Shown in pieces: positions 49,332-61,568 of a DNA stretch of 64,000 nt (its first letter is position 1; each line of letters begins with the position of its first letter). The stretch is taken from the NCBI GenBank assembly GCA_013239625.1, contig MU053934.1:2498399-2562398 (forward strand), read 5' to 3'. The notes under the pieces were generated by a model. It was not told the DNA's origin. It did not search any database and was given only the letters and a program-made list of their open reading frames with translations. Origin of the DNA: Lama guanicoe (Eukaryota). The position numbers were made by a program, and so were the translations under genes.

Positions 49332-49474
49332 CATTTTTTTGTTTTGTTTTGTTTTGTTTTGGGGGGAAGTAATTAGGTTTATTTACTTGTTCTTTTAATG
49401 GAGGTCCTGGGGATTGAACCCAGGACCTCATGCATGCTATGCATGCACTCTACCACTAAGCTATACCCTCCCCC
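49332..49474 (-). mobile_element. tRNA-derived SINE (Vic-1-like)
   Basis: Same consensus as the other copies; TSD gttcatt; (GTTTT)n tail. Confidence 0.85.
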
Positions 49475-50427
49475 TGTTCATTAGATATCAATTTTTTCAT
49501 GCCCGTGGTTCCCAATTCAAAAGGAGCCCAGTGAAGTTGGTCTTGCTTACATCCCTGCTTCCAGCTCTCCCTCACCAGAGGTGACCAGTCTTACTACTTT
49601 CTGTTGTTTTCTTCTAGAGATGTTCTATCCAGACTCAAGCACACAAGGTTGAAAAAAGACAAGGTCCTGGTTATCACAAGTGTGGGCTTTGGGAACAGCC
49701 TGCAGGGGACTGAATCCTGACTTTTTGGTCTGGGCTTGAAGAGTATTACCACTAAATTATAGTTTGAGCCAGAGACAGGGGGCTTGGAGAGTGGGGCGGG
49801 GGTGGTGGGGTGTGTGTGTTGTGGTGTGGGCCTGGACTAGGGTGGAGGGTGTGGTGATGAGATGGAGAAGAGGGAGTGAGGACCAGTGGGGCCTGGAGAG
49901 AGACTGAGTCGGGGCAAAGCGGGGAAGAGAGGCTGTGGAGGGGGTGTCATGACAGGCAGGCGTCTGGCAGGGCTGGAGATGCACCAGGAGGGAGAGAAGT
50001 GGCCTCTGGGGCTTCATACTGGCTCCTTGAACAGTTTCAGCCCATCGGGCCACACACCAGAGCCGAGATGCTGGCAGGAGGCTGACAGGAAGGTGGTGGG
50101 CTCTGGAGCCCGGGAGGTCTGGCCCGAGTGGCCAGACAGGGGTTCTGGGCAAGTCCTTTCCCTCCCCAGGCGTCAGTGCCAGTCAGCGCTTCACACAGGC
50201 TCATCCCCCCTGCTGTTCTTCACCGTGGGGGGCAACGCAGGGCGGGTGGAGCGGGAGGCTTTGGGGGAGGCTCAGCCTGGAGCTGGCTTGGGGCTCTGGA
50301 TCCTTCTGCAGGGGGTTCTGGGCTGCATCTGAATGAGTGTGGGGTGTGTGTGTTTCACGGAGAAGGAGAAGCACAGAGCTCTCCTAGGCAGGGGGGGAAA
50401 CTACATATAGATTTGATGTTATATGTT

Positions 50428-50489
50428 GGGGGAAGGGTATAGCTCGTCGGTAGAGCGGGTGGTCCTTGGTTCAATCCATTAAAAAAAAA
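50428..50489 (+). mobile_element. Internally deleted tRNA-derived SINE
   Basis: gggggaagggtatagctcgtcggtagagc...ggttcaatccattaaaaaaaaa; TSD ttatatgtt/ttacatgtt. Confidence 0.7.
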
Positions 50490-52199
50490 TTACATGTTAT
50501 ACTAATGTATATATACCAATGTATAATGTGTATTACATATAATGTATAATATGTAATACATATATATACCATTTTGCTTGATTGTCATCTCTCCCCTGTT
50601 TTGAAACCAGTTTTTGAGGTCATGAGTGGGTTCCCTGACATCCTCTCATGCTTTTTAATGTTCTGATGGCCTCACCTCCAGCCAGTGGGTGCCCCCTCAA
50701 GTTGGATACTGAACCCTGTGACCCGGCTCTCAGAGTCTCTGGTAGCTCCCTGGCTTTCTGGAAGAACAAGATGTTCCAGACGGATCGTGTGCTTTCCCTT
50801 CCCCAGTGCTGGAATCAGCCATTTCTCCAAGGAGTCCTGGTTCCCTCCCAGGAAACTATTAGGAGGCTGCGGTCCCGGGTGGAGAGGTGGAGGGAAGCGG
50901 CCAGCTCTGCCTGATTTGGGCAGACCCTTAGCCCTGGTCACCCTGATTGAGTCGCCCCCATCCCCTGGGGGTGGGGGATTAGAGGACCAGTTCAGTCCTT
51001 TCCAGACTTGACTGACGCCAAGAACAAGATGTGGGAAATACTCACACTGGGTGCCCCTGGGCTGCCGTGGCGAAGCCCACGGACCTGGATTCGAGCCCCA
51101 GCTCTGCTGCCGGGTAGCTGAGTGACTCTAGACATGTTGCTTAACCTCTCTGAGCCTCAGGGTGCTCATCTGTGTTGTGGGGGAAATAGCACCTACCTCG
51201 CAGGGCATCCACAAGGATTACATGAGGCAGCACACATAGGTTTCTGATGTATCTTGCCTAAAGCAGGTGCTCAGTGGATGCAAATTCCCTTTTTCTCCCT
51301 TCTCAGTCATGTGACTTCAGCACCCCAGAGCTCGAGGACCAGATTACTGGATGGTTTGGGAGAGGGGAAGAGAGGAGGCTAAGGAAGAGGAAGAAATGGG
51401 AAATAGAAGTCCCTGGATAAATAAAGAGGAGGAGAGGTTAACTCAGAATAGAGAAGATGATTAACTGCCAGACCTGTCCAACAAAGAAGGCTCGCGTTTC
51501 TTGGGGGAGGTGGAGAGCCTCCCGCTTGAAGTATGCAAATCGGGGCTGAGAGACCAGGTACCTTAGAGGTGTTTTTGTAAGGACTCTCACATTGGCTGGG
51601 AGGTTGATTCATTCACTCAGCAAACTTTTGGAGAGGGCTGTCCTTGCCCGGCCCTATGATGGGATGGGCGATGCCAAGGAGAATTGTGGATCATCCCTGG
51701 TCCAGGCAGTGCCCAGTCCAGGGAATGAGCTCATCTCAATGGTCCCTTTTACCCTGCAGTTCAGTCTTTTCAAGCATCTGTGCCTTGGAGGGAGATGGCG
51801 AAGGATTTTCAGTGCGTGCCTTTTGGTATTGATCCGCTGGAGCTGAAGCCGGGCAGCGGCCGGGAGGAGGACGCTGCAGTGTTATTAGTGCGGGAGGACA
51901 CGCTGTAATCTGTCAGTGTCACCCTGGTCGCCTGGCCGGGGAGCCGTCCTGCTGTTAACTCCTCCCTTCCCAGCAGCGAGCGAGCACACAGCCTGCACGA
52001 CACCCTCCCCAGTGCCTCCCTTTGTCCTTGTAGGATGGGGAATGTGGGCGTCTATTCTTTTTCTGTTCCTCCCTGGCAGGAGCCCTCTGCCCCAGTCACA
52101 GTGATTTACTCAGTGTTTCCCAAACATACCGTGGACGTTCCAACCTGTGTACTTTTAGTTGTTGGCTTTCCCTACCATCTATGGTGGCTGAATTTACTT

Positions 52200-52400
52200 T
52201 CATCCATCCATCATCTTTGTATATAAAAACCCACCTATTTTCCATTTATCCAACCAGCTATCCATCCATCTACCCATTCAACCATACATCTATCCACCTA
52301 TTCATTAATCTATCCATCCATCCATCCATCCATCCATCCATCCATCCATCCAGCCATCCAATCACCCATCCATGCACTCCTGACCCACCCTCCATCCATT
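52200..52400. repeat. (CCAT)n microsatellite and degenerate flanks
   Basis: Pure run near 52312-52352. Confidence 0.9.
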
Positions 52401-54259
52401 CAACCTTGCAATTCAGTTCAGTCCCGTTCAATTCAACTCAACTCAGTTTACTTCAATTCACCTTTATTCAATTCACAAGATTCCTTGGCCTTGCCATGTG
52501 CCAAGCAAGTGAAAGTTCCATTATGTCTCTACTGTCAAGGAGCCCAAGGAAGGGTCCTCCTCATCCTTCACGGTCAGCTCTGAGTCTCACTTCTGTTAAC
52601 CCTTTGCCAGTCCCTTGAGCAAAAGCAATGGATTCTGAAGGGCTGTTCTGTGGAAGAAAGCTTAGTCAGGTTTCCCCCCGAACCCACAGGACAGAGCTAG
52701 GACAAGGGGAGATGCAACGTGCGGGAAGGAGGTGAGGATGAGGCGAGCCAAGGGGGCAGGGATTTTGGCCTCATGGAGGGAGGAGCTGCATTCAGCTCGG
52801 AGCACTCTAGCCAACTGAGTGGGTGTGTAATCAGTGGGGATGAAGGGCAAGAGAAGCAGGCAAGGAGATCACTGTTGGAGAAGTAAGTTCGTGTGGGGGT
52901 GAAGACGTGAGCGCTGGGGCCACAGACTGCTGGGCTTACTGTCTAGGCTCTGCCACGTTCCTGCTGCGTGACCTTGGGCACATGTCTTAATCTCTCTATG
53001 CTTCAGTGTCCTCATTTGTAAAATGGGGGTAATACTAGGATCGATCTCTTCACGTTGCTGTTAGCATTAACGTAGAGAGTGCTTACATGAATGCCTGGCA
53101 CAAAGGAAAAGCTGAACAGATTCTAGCTATGATTCTTATTACTCAGCGCTGAACACCAGCTACATCCAGACACTCTGCTAGGAGCTTTCACATTCCATGT
53201 CTCCTCAGAGCATCCCAGCCACTAATCCTACGTAGAGATTATTGTACCCATTTTGCAGATGAAGAAATAAAGGCTCAGGGTGGCTGTCTCTTATTCATGT
53301 CACACAGCTGGCTCCATATATAAGCTTTTCTGACTCCACTGCCCAGGCTCTCTTGCCTGCCCTGCTCTGCTGCCTTTCAAGGGGTGTGTGTCCTGAGAAG
53401 CAAGGATTCTAAGACTCCCATCTCAATCTCTGTCTCGAGCACACTTTTGGCCTTCTGTATTTTTCACTTTGAATTGTTAATTATCATTTCACATGTGTTT
53501 TCTCGCTTCTCCAGAGTGTATGAGATCAAGAAAAAGGTTTTCTTCTCTACAACAACAGAAGTATTGACTTTGACCGTGAAAGCTACAGAATTTATGACTT
53601 TCCCTTTTTGCCTTGCCTGTGAGGAAGCTCATATTGTTCTCACATTGTTTCCTTTTCCTTTCCATGGTTTGGGTTTCTGCCTTTAACATCCTTTTTATTT
53701 ATGTGTCTTTTGCTGTGTGCTCTTCCACCCTTGGGAGGAGATTTATAAATAGAGGTTAATTGAAAGGAAAAGGGCAGATTGCAAATCACAAGTAAATAAT
53801 TCAAATAAAACTACGAGCTTCCAGAAAGGGATGTGTCTTACCCATCTCCCTCCTTCCCACTCCGTCCAGCCCTGGCTCTGGCTTGGTGAATTTTGCATGG
53901 AAAGCTCAGGGGTGATTTTCCCTATCATGTTCGGGTCGGGGACTCCCTTTGCACTTAGAATAAGATCCAAAGGCCTGCCCCGTGAGGACTAAGCCCTGCC
54001 CACCTCTTCCACCTCCTCCTGTGTCACTTGTCCCTTGCTCACCTGGGATAATGATTGGGTCATCTTTTAGATCTACTCATAGGCCAAATTTTTTCCTGCC
54101 TCAGGAAAAGAGGCTTTGCACCTGCTGTTCCTTCTGCCTGGAACCTTCCTGCCCCTCTCTCCTATCCCTTGTTTTCTTGGCCCTCCCACCTTACCCTTCA
54201 AATTTCAGCTGAAAGTCAGCATCTCAGAGAGGCCTCCCTGATTGTTCTATCTTATGGAT

Positions 54260-54760
54260 TATAGCAGCTAGCCCTCCAAGATGGCGCCCAATGTCTCTTT
54301 GCTTCTCACACACATGCTGCTTCTCCCATCAGAACGTGGACTCAACTCTTCCTCCCCCTGGAGCTGGCCTTGGGACTTGCTTTGACCAACAGAATACAGC
54401 AGAAGTGACTTGTTGAGACTTCTGAGGCCCTTCAGATGACTGGCAGCTTCCAGTTTCTGCCACTTGGAACCCAGCTGTCCGGCTATGAGAGGCCCAAGAC
54501 ATCGAGAGGCCACAGGGGCAGAAATGAGGTGTTCAGGTCAATAGCCCCAGCGGAGCTCCCTGCTGACAGTGAGCATTGACTCTAGCTGGGGCGGGTGTGA
54601 GCCAGCTTGGTTGTTCCAGCCCAGAAGAGCTCCTGGATGACCGCAGCCCCAGCCACCACCAGGTGGAGCAGAAGAACCACCCAGCTGAGCCTGTGGAATT
54701 GTGAGAGATACGAAAATGGTTACTGTTGTTTCAAGCCAGTAAGTTTTAGATAAGCAGAGA
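54260..54760. mobile_element. MaLR MLT1-type LTR
   Basis: gccctccaagatggcgccc...gacttgctttgaccaacagaat...tgttgtttcaagccagtaagttt. Confidence 0.75.
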
Positions 54761-54974
54761 GGTCAAGCCCTGTAGTTTTAAAAAAATCATTACCCCAATG
54801 CATTTACTTCATAGCCCTTATGATGACTTGTGGTTATATAATGATTTGATTCTTAACTTGCTAATTTTCCCTCTTCCCCGCTGAAACATGAGTTGCTGGA
54901 GCCTGGGACTGTGTCTGTCTTGATCACCGCTGCCTCCAGCATTGAGCACAGAGTGGCACTGTAATAGGAGTTGA

Positions 54975-55017
54975 ATGGATGGATGGATGGATGGACGGAC
55001 GGATGGATGGATGGATG
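54975..55017. repeat. (TGGA)n microsatellite at an L2 tail
   Basis: Read directly. Confidence 0.9.
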
Positions 55018-57079
55018 AAGGCATCAGTGTGTCCTGCAGGGTCCCTGAGAGCCAGGCTGGGGCAGTGCCAGGAAGGAGGTGGTTACGGTTCAAGCCGCAG
55101 CTCTCGAGGGCTTTCATAACTTGGAACTGAGAAGCCTCTCTTGGCACTGCCTTTGTACCCTGGACCCCCAGGCCCCTACCAGAGAGAATTGCTCCCTCTC
55201 TTCTCCTTGCTTTTCTGGGCCCTGAACAGCCTTTCTCAAAGGCACCTGGGACCCTGTGTGCATCTGTATGTGTAGATGATGGGAGTGGACAGAGTAGTGG
55301 GTATGAATGAGGACCCTGGGCTTAGAGACTCCCACGTTTGAATCCCAGCTCAGCCACATTCTGACTACGTCTCGGTGCCATGGCCACGTTTCTCAGGGGT
55401 TCGCTTAAATAGGAAGTGCTGTGTGACTGTGGTTAAGCAGCTGGCTCTGTTCTAATGCTTTCAATTCATTATCTCCACATAATAACCTTATGTGTTGGAC
55501 GCTGTTATTATTATTCCTCTTTTACAGATGAGGAAACTGAGGTGCAGATAACTTGCTCAAAGCTGTACTGCTAGTAAGGGCTAGAGCCTGGACTGAGCCC
55601 TGGCAATATGACTCCAGAGCCCACCCTCTTAAGTGCCATACCTTTCTGCTGCTCTGAGCCTCAGTTTCCATATCAGTAAAGGGGATAATAATACTTGCTT
55701 GTTAAGCTATCGTAATATGTGATGAGGTAGTGCCTGGTACATTGTAGGCTCCCCCAAATCCCAATTTGCTGTGGAAAGACAGAAAAACAGGGGCCTGGCT
55801 AGAAAGGCATTAAAAGCTTTATCGTGAGGGCACTGGGGAGCCATTGAAGGTTTTTCAGTGAGGGAGTGACATAAAGGAACAGTGGTTTAGCTCAAGTCCT
55901 ACCCTTTTCTCCCCTGGCTTCCTCCTTCCTCTCCACCAGTCACCCTCTGACAGCTAAGTACATCCTGCCTGATCTTGGTGTCTGAGTCTCACATCCCGGT
56001 GTCTTATCTCCGCTGTGAGAGTTTGAACTGTTTAAGGGCCATGGCAGGTCATCCCAGACTTCCTGACTCAAACGGGATGGGAAGGACTACCCTCCTTGTG
56101 CCCCCAAGACAAACGTTCTTGTTCTTGTCCATTTCACCTCAAAGGGCTGCCCGGGAGAGCCTTTCCATGGGCCGCTTTCCTTCTCTGCTTCAAGCGCTAG
56201 AGGCTGAGAGAGGTGTCAGGGTGATCTTACCATTTATTTCTCATTCCCTTGGGAAGCCTTTGCATACTGGGAGGGAACTCAGTGGGAGGAGGGAGAGAAA
56301 GTGAGGGAGAGAGGCGGAAGGATAGCCAGAGCAAGAGTGAGAGGGTGAGGGAGCCTGGAAAAGAGACAGATTGAGAGAGACTGAGAGCTGGGAAGAAGGC
56401 TGGGCTGCTGCTGCAAGGCTGGGAGCTCTTGGCGACAATGGGCCATCTCACCTCGTGTGGAGTTCCTTTGTTCTGAGCAATGTTTGGAGCATGTATAGAC
56501 ACACACACAAACATATGCTACGTGTGTTCACATAGATGCAAGCATCTGTGACATAATGTACCCGCCTCCATGCTTACCTGTGTATGTAAAGGCACAGATG
56601 GGTCTACGAGTGCATGTAGGTTAAGTGCGTAGAGAAATATGTGCAGGCGGGTGTGCACATCTCACTGAAGCTTCACCTGCTCTATATGCCTGTCCGGTGT
56701 CAACTCACCGTCCTCTCCAAGCCTTTGTGCAGTTTTATTATAGTTCTCAGCAAGCCTCTGTTTCCCCGTCCATGGTCTTGTCTCTTACTGAGAGCTTCCT
56801 GCAGGAAAGTCGGTGTCCTTGTCATGTCTTGTACACTTGGGACCAAGACCAAGACCTGTAGAGGGGATGTGGCCAAGAAAGCCCGACAAACTGAATGGAT
56901 ATGTTTGTGTGGGTGGATCTAATTCCAGAGATATGTGTGTGTGTCACACACATGCATGTGTGCACATAAGAAAGTGTACGTGTGCACATACACACAGGCA
57001 CACGCACTGTGGGGGGCTACGGATGTTCCCCGAAGGTGCGAATGAGTGAGCCTACATGCACACATCACAGCTACAGGTT

Positions 57080-57295
57080 TATGCAACGACATGCTGGTAA
57101 ATGTTTGACAATCGTCTCTCCATTAAGAGAAAAATTGCCTGAATTGTAACACTTGCCCATTTCTGCGGTGTAAACACTCCCATCACAGCCAGTTTCAAGG
57201 CGCCAGCGGGGCATCAACTGAGCACAGACTGGAGATGCTATGTGCATGGTTGGTTCACGTGAGCATGTAGGAGGCAGCCCCGGCCACATGCTGGA
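57080..57295. mobile_element. MER63-like hAT DNA transposon fragment
   Basis: tgctggtaaatgtttgacaatcg...gcggtgtaaacactcccatc...tttcaagg; name from recall. Confidence 0.55.
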
Positions 57296-59617
57296 TTTAT
57301 GTCTGTGACAGCGTGGCCAGGAGGGCAGGCAGGGCAAAGGTCTTCCAGCCTGGCCTGGGAGAGGCTCTGCAAGCTGGCCCACAGGCACGTCTTTCCAGAG
57401 CCTGTGCACCGGGAAGCGGGGCGTTTCTTGGCCTCCAGCCAGCTTTCTGAGCGTCGGCTTGGAAGCCAGTCCAAAGCGATGCTCCTTGTTAGGCAGGTCT
57501 AGACACTCACCGAGACAGCAGCCTACTCTCACCCCCCGCAGACACTCTCGGAGCATTTGGAGTTTGATGAGGTCAGCACTTCTGCGAGGAGGAGAATCTA
57601 AGCTTGGAGTGTGACAGTGGAGGGAGGTGAAGGAAAGCTTCAAACCTCATCAGAACGGGTGGCGGGGGACCGCGGAGGCCAGGTCCTGGGGCTGGCAGCC
57701 TGCGTGAAGCCACTTCACTTTGCAAGTCTGGCTTGCAAGTTGCTTGCCCTCTCTGGCCTCTAATAGCGCCTTTTTTTCCAGGAAGGTTTAGGTCTTCTGA
57801 GCTCTACAGCCTCTTACCTGACTCTCTGGGAGTTGGAGCCCCTGGGCTGGACCCTGAGATCTGTATTCAAAAGCCAGAGAGAGGCAGTGCTGCCCCCAGA
57901 CACGGGCACGAGGGGCCAGGGCTTTGGGGAACGTTTCTCTGGCTTCCCCCCTTCCGTGCCCCTCCTATCAAGGAGAACAGTCCTTAGGCCAATGGGATGT
58001 GTTCACCCTGAGACTGCACCCCTCTCGTAGTCCCCTCTCTGTGGTGCCTGATTCTCTAGAATTTCTTCCTAAAGGCTCCTGAGCCAGCTTCCAGGGCTGA
58101 CTACCATCTGCCTTGAGGTTGGACTGGCCTGAGCACTGGCCAGGGCGTGACTGTTTGGGGGCAGCTGCAGCTGGAACTGGGATGTGCAGGCTGGCGGGGG
58201 CATCCCAGTGCGGGAGAGGTCCCGCAGTGCTGCGTGGAGCCCGAGCTGAGAAGGGGAGGGGGCCGGGCTGTGGGCTCCGAGCCAGGGTGGGCTTGCCCCA
58301 TGCCACTTTCGGGCGCAGAATTCAGAGGCAGTGGAGAATTCTCAATTCGAGCCTAGTATTTTAGGTCATCACGGAGACAGATTTGTCAGGACAGAAGGAG
58401 AGACCATATTTTAAAGTGAATTCGTTTGACTGGTAGCTGTTAAATATTTAGATTTATGGTACGGGGGCCCCCATTCCTTACTCTTGCCCTGGGACCAGTA
58501 GACGTTAGCGGTGAGCTCGGAGGAAGAGATGCTTGTGATTGGTCGGAGGCTTGGCTACGTGGCCTGAGGGGATGTGGGCTGGATTGAGCGTGGAGCTCTG
58601 AATGTTCGTCAATTCTAGAGTGGCGTCTTCTGGGGCCTCATGGCTCAGGGCTGGCCTCATCGTTGGTCCGTGCCACTGCAAGCCATCTCTTTTCCTCTGG
58701 GTCCCAAGGAGAACTGTGCAATGACTGAATTTGCCCCACTCCCTCCCCGTCCCCCATCTTAGACAGTGTCTTCCCTCCCAGAGACCCCAGCTTCCAGAGC
58801 TCAGGAAGGAGCCCTGGTCTGTGTCAGGACTTGGGGTTGTGACGTCTCGGGCTCTCCCTGGTCCCCATCACTGTGCATTGCTACGACTGTTTCTAAGGTG
58901 ACTCAGTTACCCTACTGCATCACTCTTCTGACTCTCCAAATGCAAATGTTAAAATAACCAGGCCAGTGAATCCCAGCCATTGTGATGGATGAGACCGCCA
59001 TGCTTTTTTCGGTCTGCAATGGGAGATGCGAGTGGGACTGAATGGAGAAGAGACCTTGCAGTGTCACTGGGATGTCGAAGGGGGCTGGCTTATTCTACCA
59101 CTGAAAACTCAAGGATGTCATGCTTTATTTCTCTTTTCAGAGCGATGTATCATAATGTTTTCATTTTAAACAAGCTTTAGTCAGTTTTTCTTTTTTTCTG
59201 TTTGTCATGGCATTGGTTGTGAGTTTACACCTGACCTTCTGAATCAAGGATAATAAATTCATTGAGGGTGGTAATGGAAGGCGGGCACAGGAAGTCCCTG
59301 TTAGAAGGAGGAGAAAAAGCACTTTACAATCTGCCAACCGTTGAGTCCTTTTTGGGTCTACTTTAAAATCTTGCTTTGATTTGGAAATTTCTTCTTTCCA
59401 CCATCCTATTCAATATGACAATTTTTTTAAGTTCAGATAAACAAAATTAAATGTATTTAATACATTTGGGGAGGTGTTTACCGCCTTCCTTCAAATAACT
59501 GACCCTGGAGGTTTGACCAGAGCAGGGCAGACATTGGTGGGCTAGTTCTTCAGCTGCCTTCAAAGGGGATCTTTTTCCAATGTCGATGGTCAACTTCTCC
59601 TGTTAGGTGAGCATCCT

Positions 59618-59987
59618 ATGTAGGCTGAATTTTTGTCTCCCTGCAAGATACATATATTGAACCCCTAACCCACAAAGTGATGTTATTTTGAGGTGAGATT
59701 TTGGGGAGGTAATTAGGTTTAGATGAAGTTGTGAGGGTGGGGCTCCCATGATGGGATTAGTGTCCTTCTAGTGAAGGAAGAAAGACAGGAGTGTGCTCTC
59801 TCCGTCATGTGAGGACACAGCAAGAAGGTGGCTGTCTGCAAGCCAGCAAGAGTGCTTTCACCAGGAATCAAAATCTGCTGACACCTTGATCTTAGACTTC
59901 CCAGCCTCCAGAACTATGAGAAATAAATGTCTGTTGTTTGAGGCACCCAGTCTATGGCACTTTGCTATAGTCACCTGAGCTGACTAC
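59618..59987. mobile_element. MaLR MLT1A/B-like LTR
   Basis: ggctgaatttttgtctcc...cttagacttcccagcctccagaactatgagaaataaatgtctgttgttt. Confidence 0.85.
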
Positions 59988-60217
59988 CTATGGAGTGGGT
60001 GAGACCCCTGTCCCTGGAGGTGTGCAAGTATCAGTAAGGGATATTCAAGAAGAGACTTGTAACCTGGCGGGTAGGAAAACTCTACTGCATGACTTCTAAG
60101 CCTCCCATCCTTAGTTCTCAGATTTAGGCTTTAGGATGCTTTGAAATGGGATGCCAGGAGTTGGGAAAGCAATTAAAGAAATCCACTGAAGTGAGGACCA
60201 AGCTATAAAAAAAAATC

Positions 60218-60223
60218 TTTATT
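60218..60223 (-). terminator. CACNG2: Probable distal CACNG2 polyadenylation signal
   Basis: Minus strand catgaAATAAAgattttttttttatag; marks the boundary between the TE-free UTR and TE-rich intergenic DNA. Confidence 0.6.
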
Positions 60224-61541
60224 TCATGTACCAGGATTTTTTTCCTTTTTTTTCTTTTTTTAGTTTTCTGCTTTTTAAAATTTTTTTTCTGTTAACAGTC
60301 TGAAAAAAAAAAAAAAAGGACCCACCAACAAAATAAAATGGAGGTTGGTTTCTTGAACTGGTTTGAGCTGGACATGAGCAATCGTCTACTCTGGCAAGCG
60401 ACGCCCTGGCAGTCCTGATCCCAGCTCCTTCCCTCCCGGCCCCCTAGCCCTTTGACTCCATACCCGGATGGCTTTTTTTCCAGCGGACCCAGGCCCCAGG
60501 CCTCCCGGCCTGGGAAGAAGCTCTGATTGCCATCCCAGACACTCTGCCAGCACTCAGAGAACTGGGGCAGTTTTCCTCTTCGGATGGTGCCCACTTGTTT
60601 GCTGTTTCAGCACGGCTTCTCCCTTCGCTCTAGTCCCTGATCCTTTCAGGTTTGGAATCTGGTGGGGCAGTGGGTAAGGTTGGAGTGGGGAGGGAGAGAT
60701 TGTGACTTCAGCCCAGATGGAGCGGTACTGGGTTGCACCACACCTGGCATTGGCCCCTGTTGCTCTGTCCTGGGGCCCCCGTGGCCTCTCACGCACTTCT
60801 GGGCTGGCGGGCAGATGTTCTGTCTAGTGGCTCAGGCTGGGTTCAGGGCTCCGGCTGCTACTGACCTGAGGGAAGAGCTTTCATTTCCCAGACAAAAGAT
60901 GGGAAGGGCAGCCGGGGGTGTGCTAGCCCCCAGAGATGTTCCAGCCACTCCCCACAAGTCCATGAGCTCAGCTAAAGAAACCTCAGACCAGGCCAGTGGC
61001 AAGAAAGAGACAAACCAAGCGGTGCTGATGGGGGCAGCAGGGGCCCCCACCTTCAGCAGCGTGACCGGCAGGAAATCTGAGCTTGGGAAAGCGATGGGTT
61101 TCCTTTCAGTCTGCACCGTCCCTCGGTGCTCCGAGGAGAAAGGGGAGCAATGTGGAATGCCCCCAAACTTCAGTCCACAGTCTCAGTTGAACTTTTGGGG
61201 TTGGTCCTCGGGCTGGGACCAAAGTTTGTAAAGCTCTCCTCTCCCTCCCTCAGCCTTTACCCTTCCCAGCAAACCTCCAAGGAGCCTTCTTTTCCCTGAT
61301 CCCCGAAGACACTGGGGGAAGCCTGGTGGCTGATCTCTTCTTGCAAGGAAGTCCCCTCTGCTCTCTGTGACTGGGTTATGGCATTGTAGAAAGGGGACAC
61401 AAAATGAAGAGTGGCTTGGGGACCTCTGGTGCCTCCCTCTCTCTGTCTGAACCACAGAAGACATTTGCTCACGTGTGTGTATTTTTGCTTTGACATTGAA
61501 TGTGGGGACAGGGGATTGGGAGCACAGTGAGGAGGCATATG

Positions 61542-61568
61542 GTGTGTGTGTGTGTGTGTGTGTGTGTG
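61542..61568. repeat. (GT)13 microsatellite
   Basis: Read directly. Confidence 0.9.

Noticed and set aside
51316..51332. REST/RE1 site for CACNG2
   Set aside because: Only the left half TTCAGCACC is present; no GGACAG right half
40400..60100. Hidden gene or processed pseudogene between EIF3D and CACNG2 (ORFs up to 190 aa, e.g. 43229-43621, 47157-47690, 57071-57643)
   Set aside because: No recognisable homology, no consistent exon chain, and several overlap TE remnants; a tBLASTx search would be needed to exclude faint remnants
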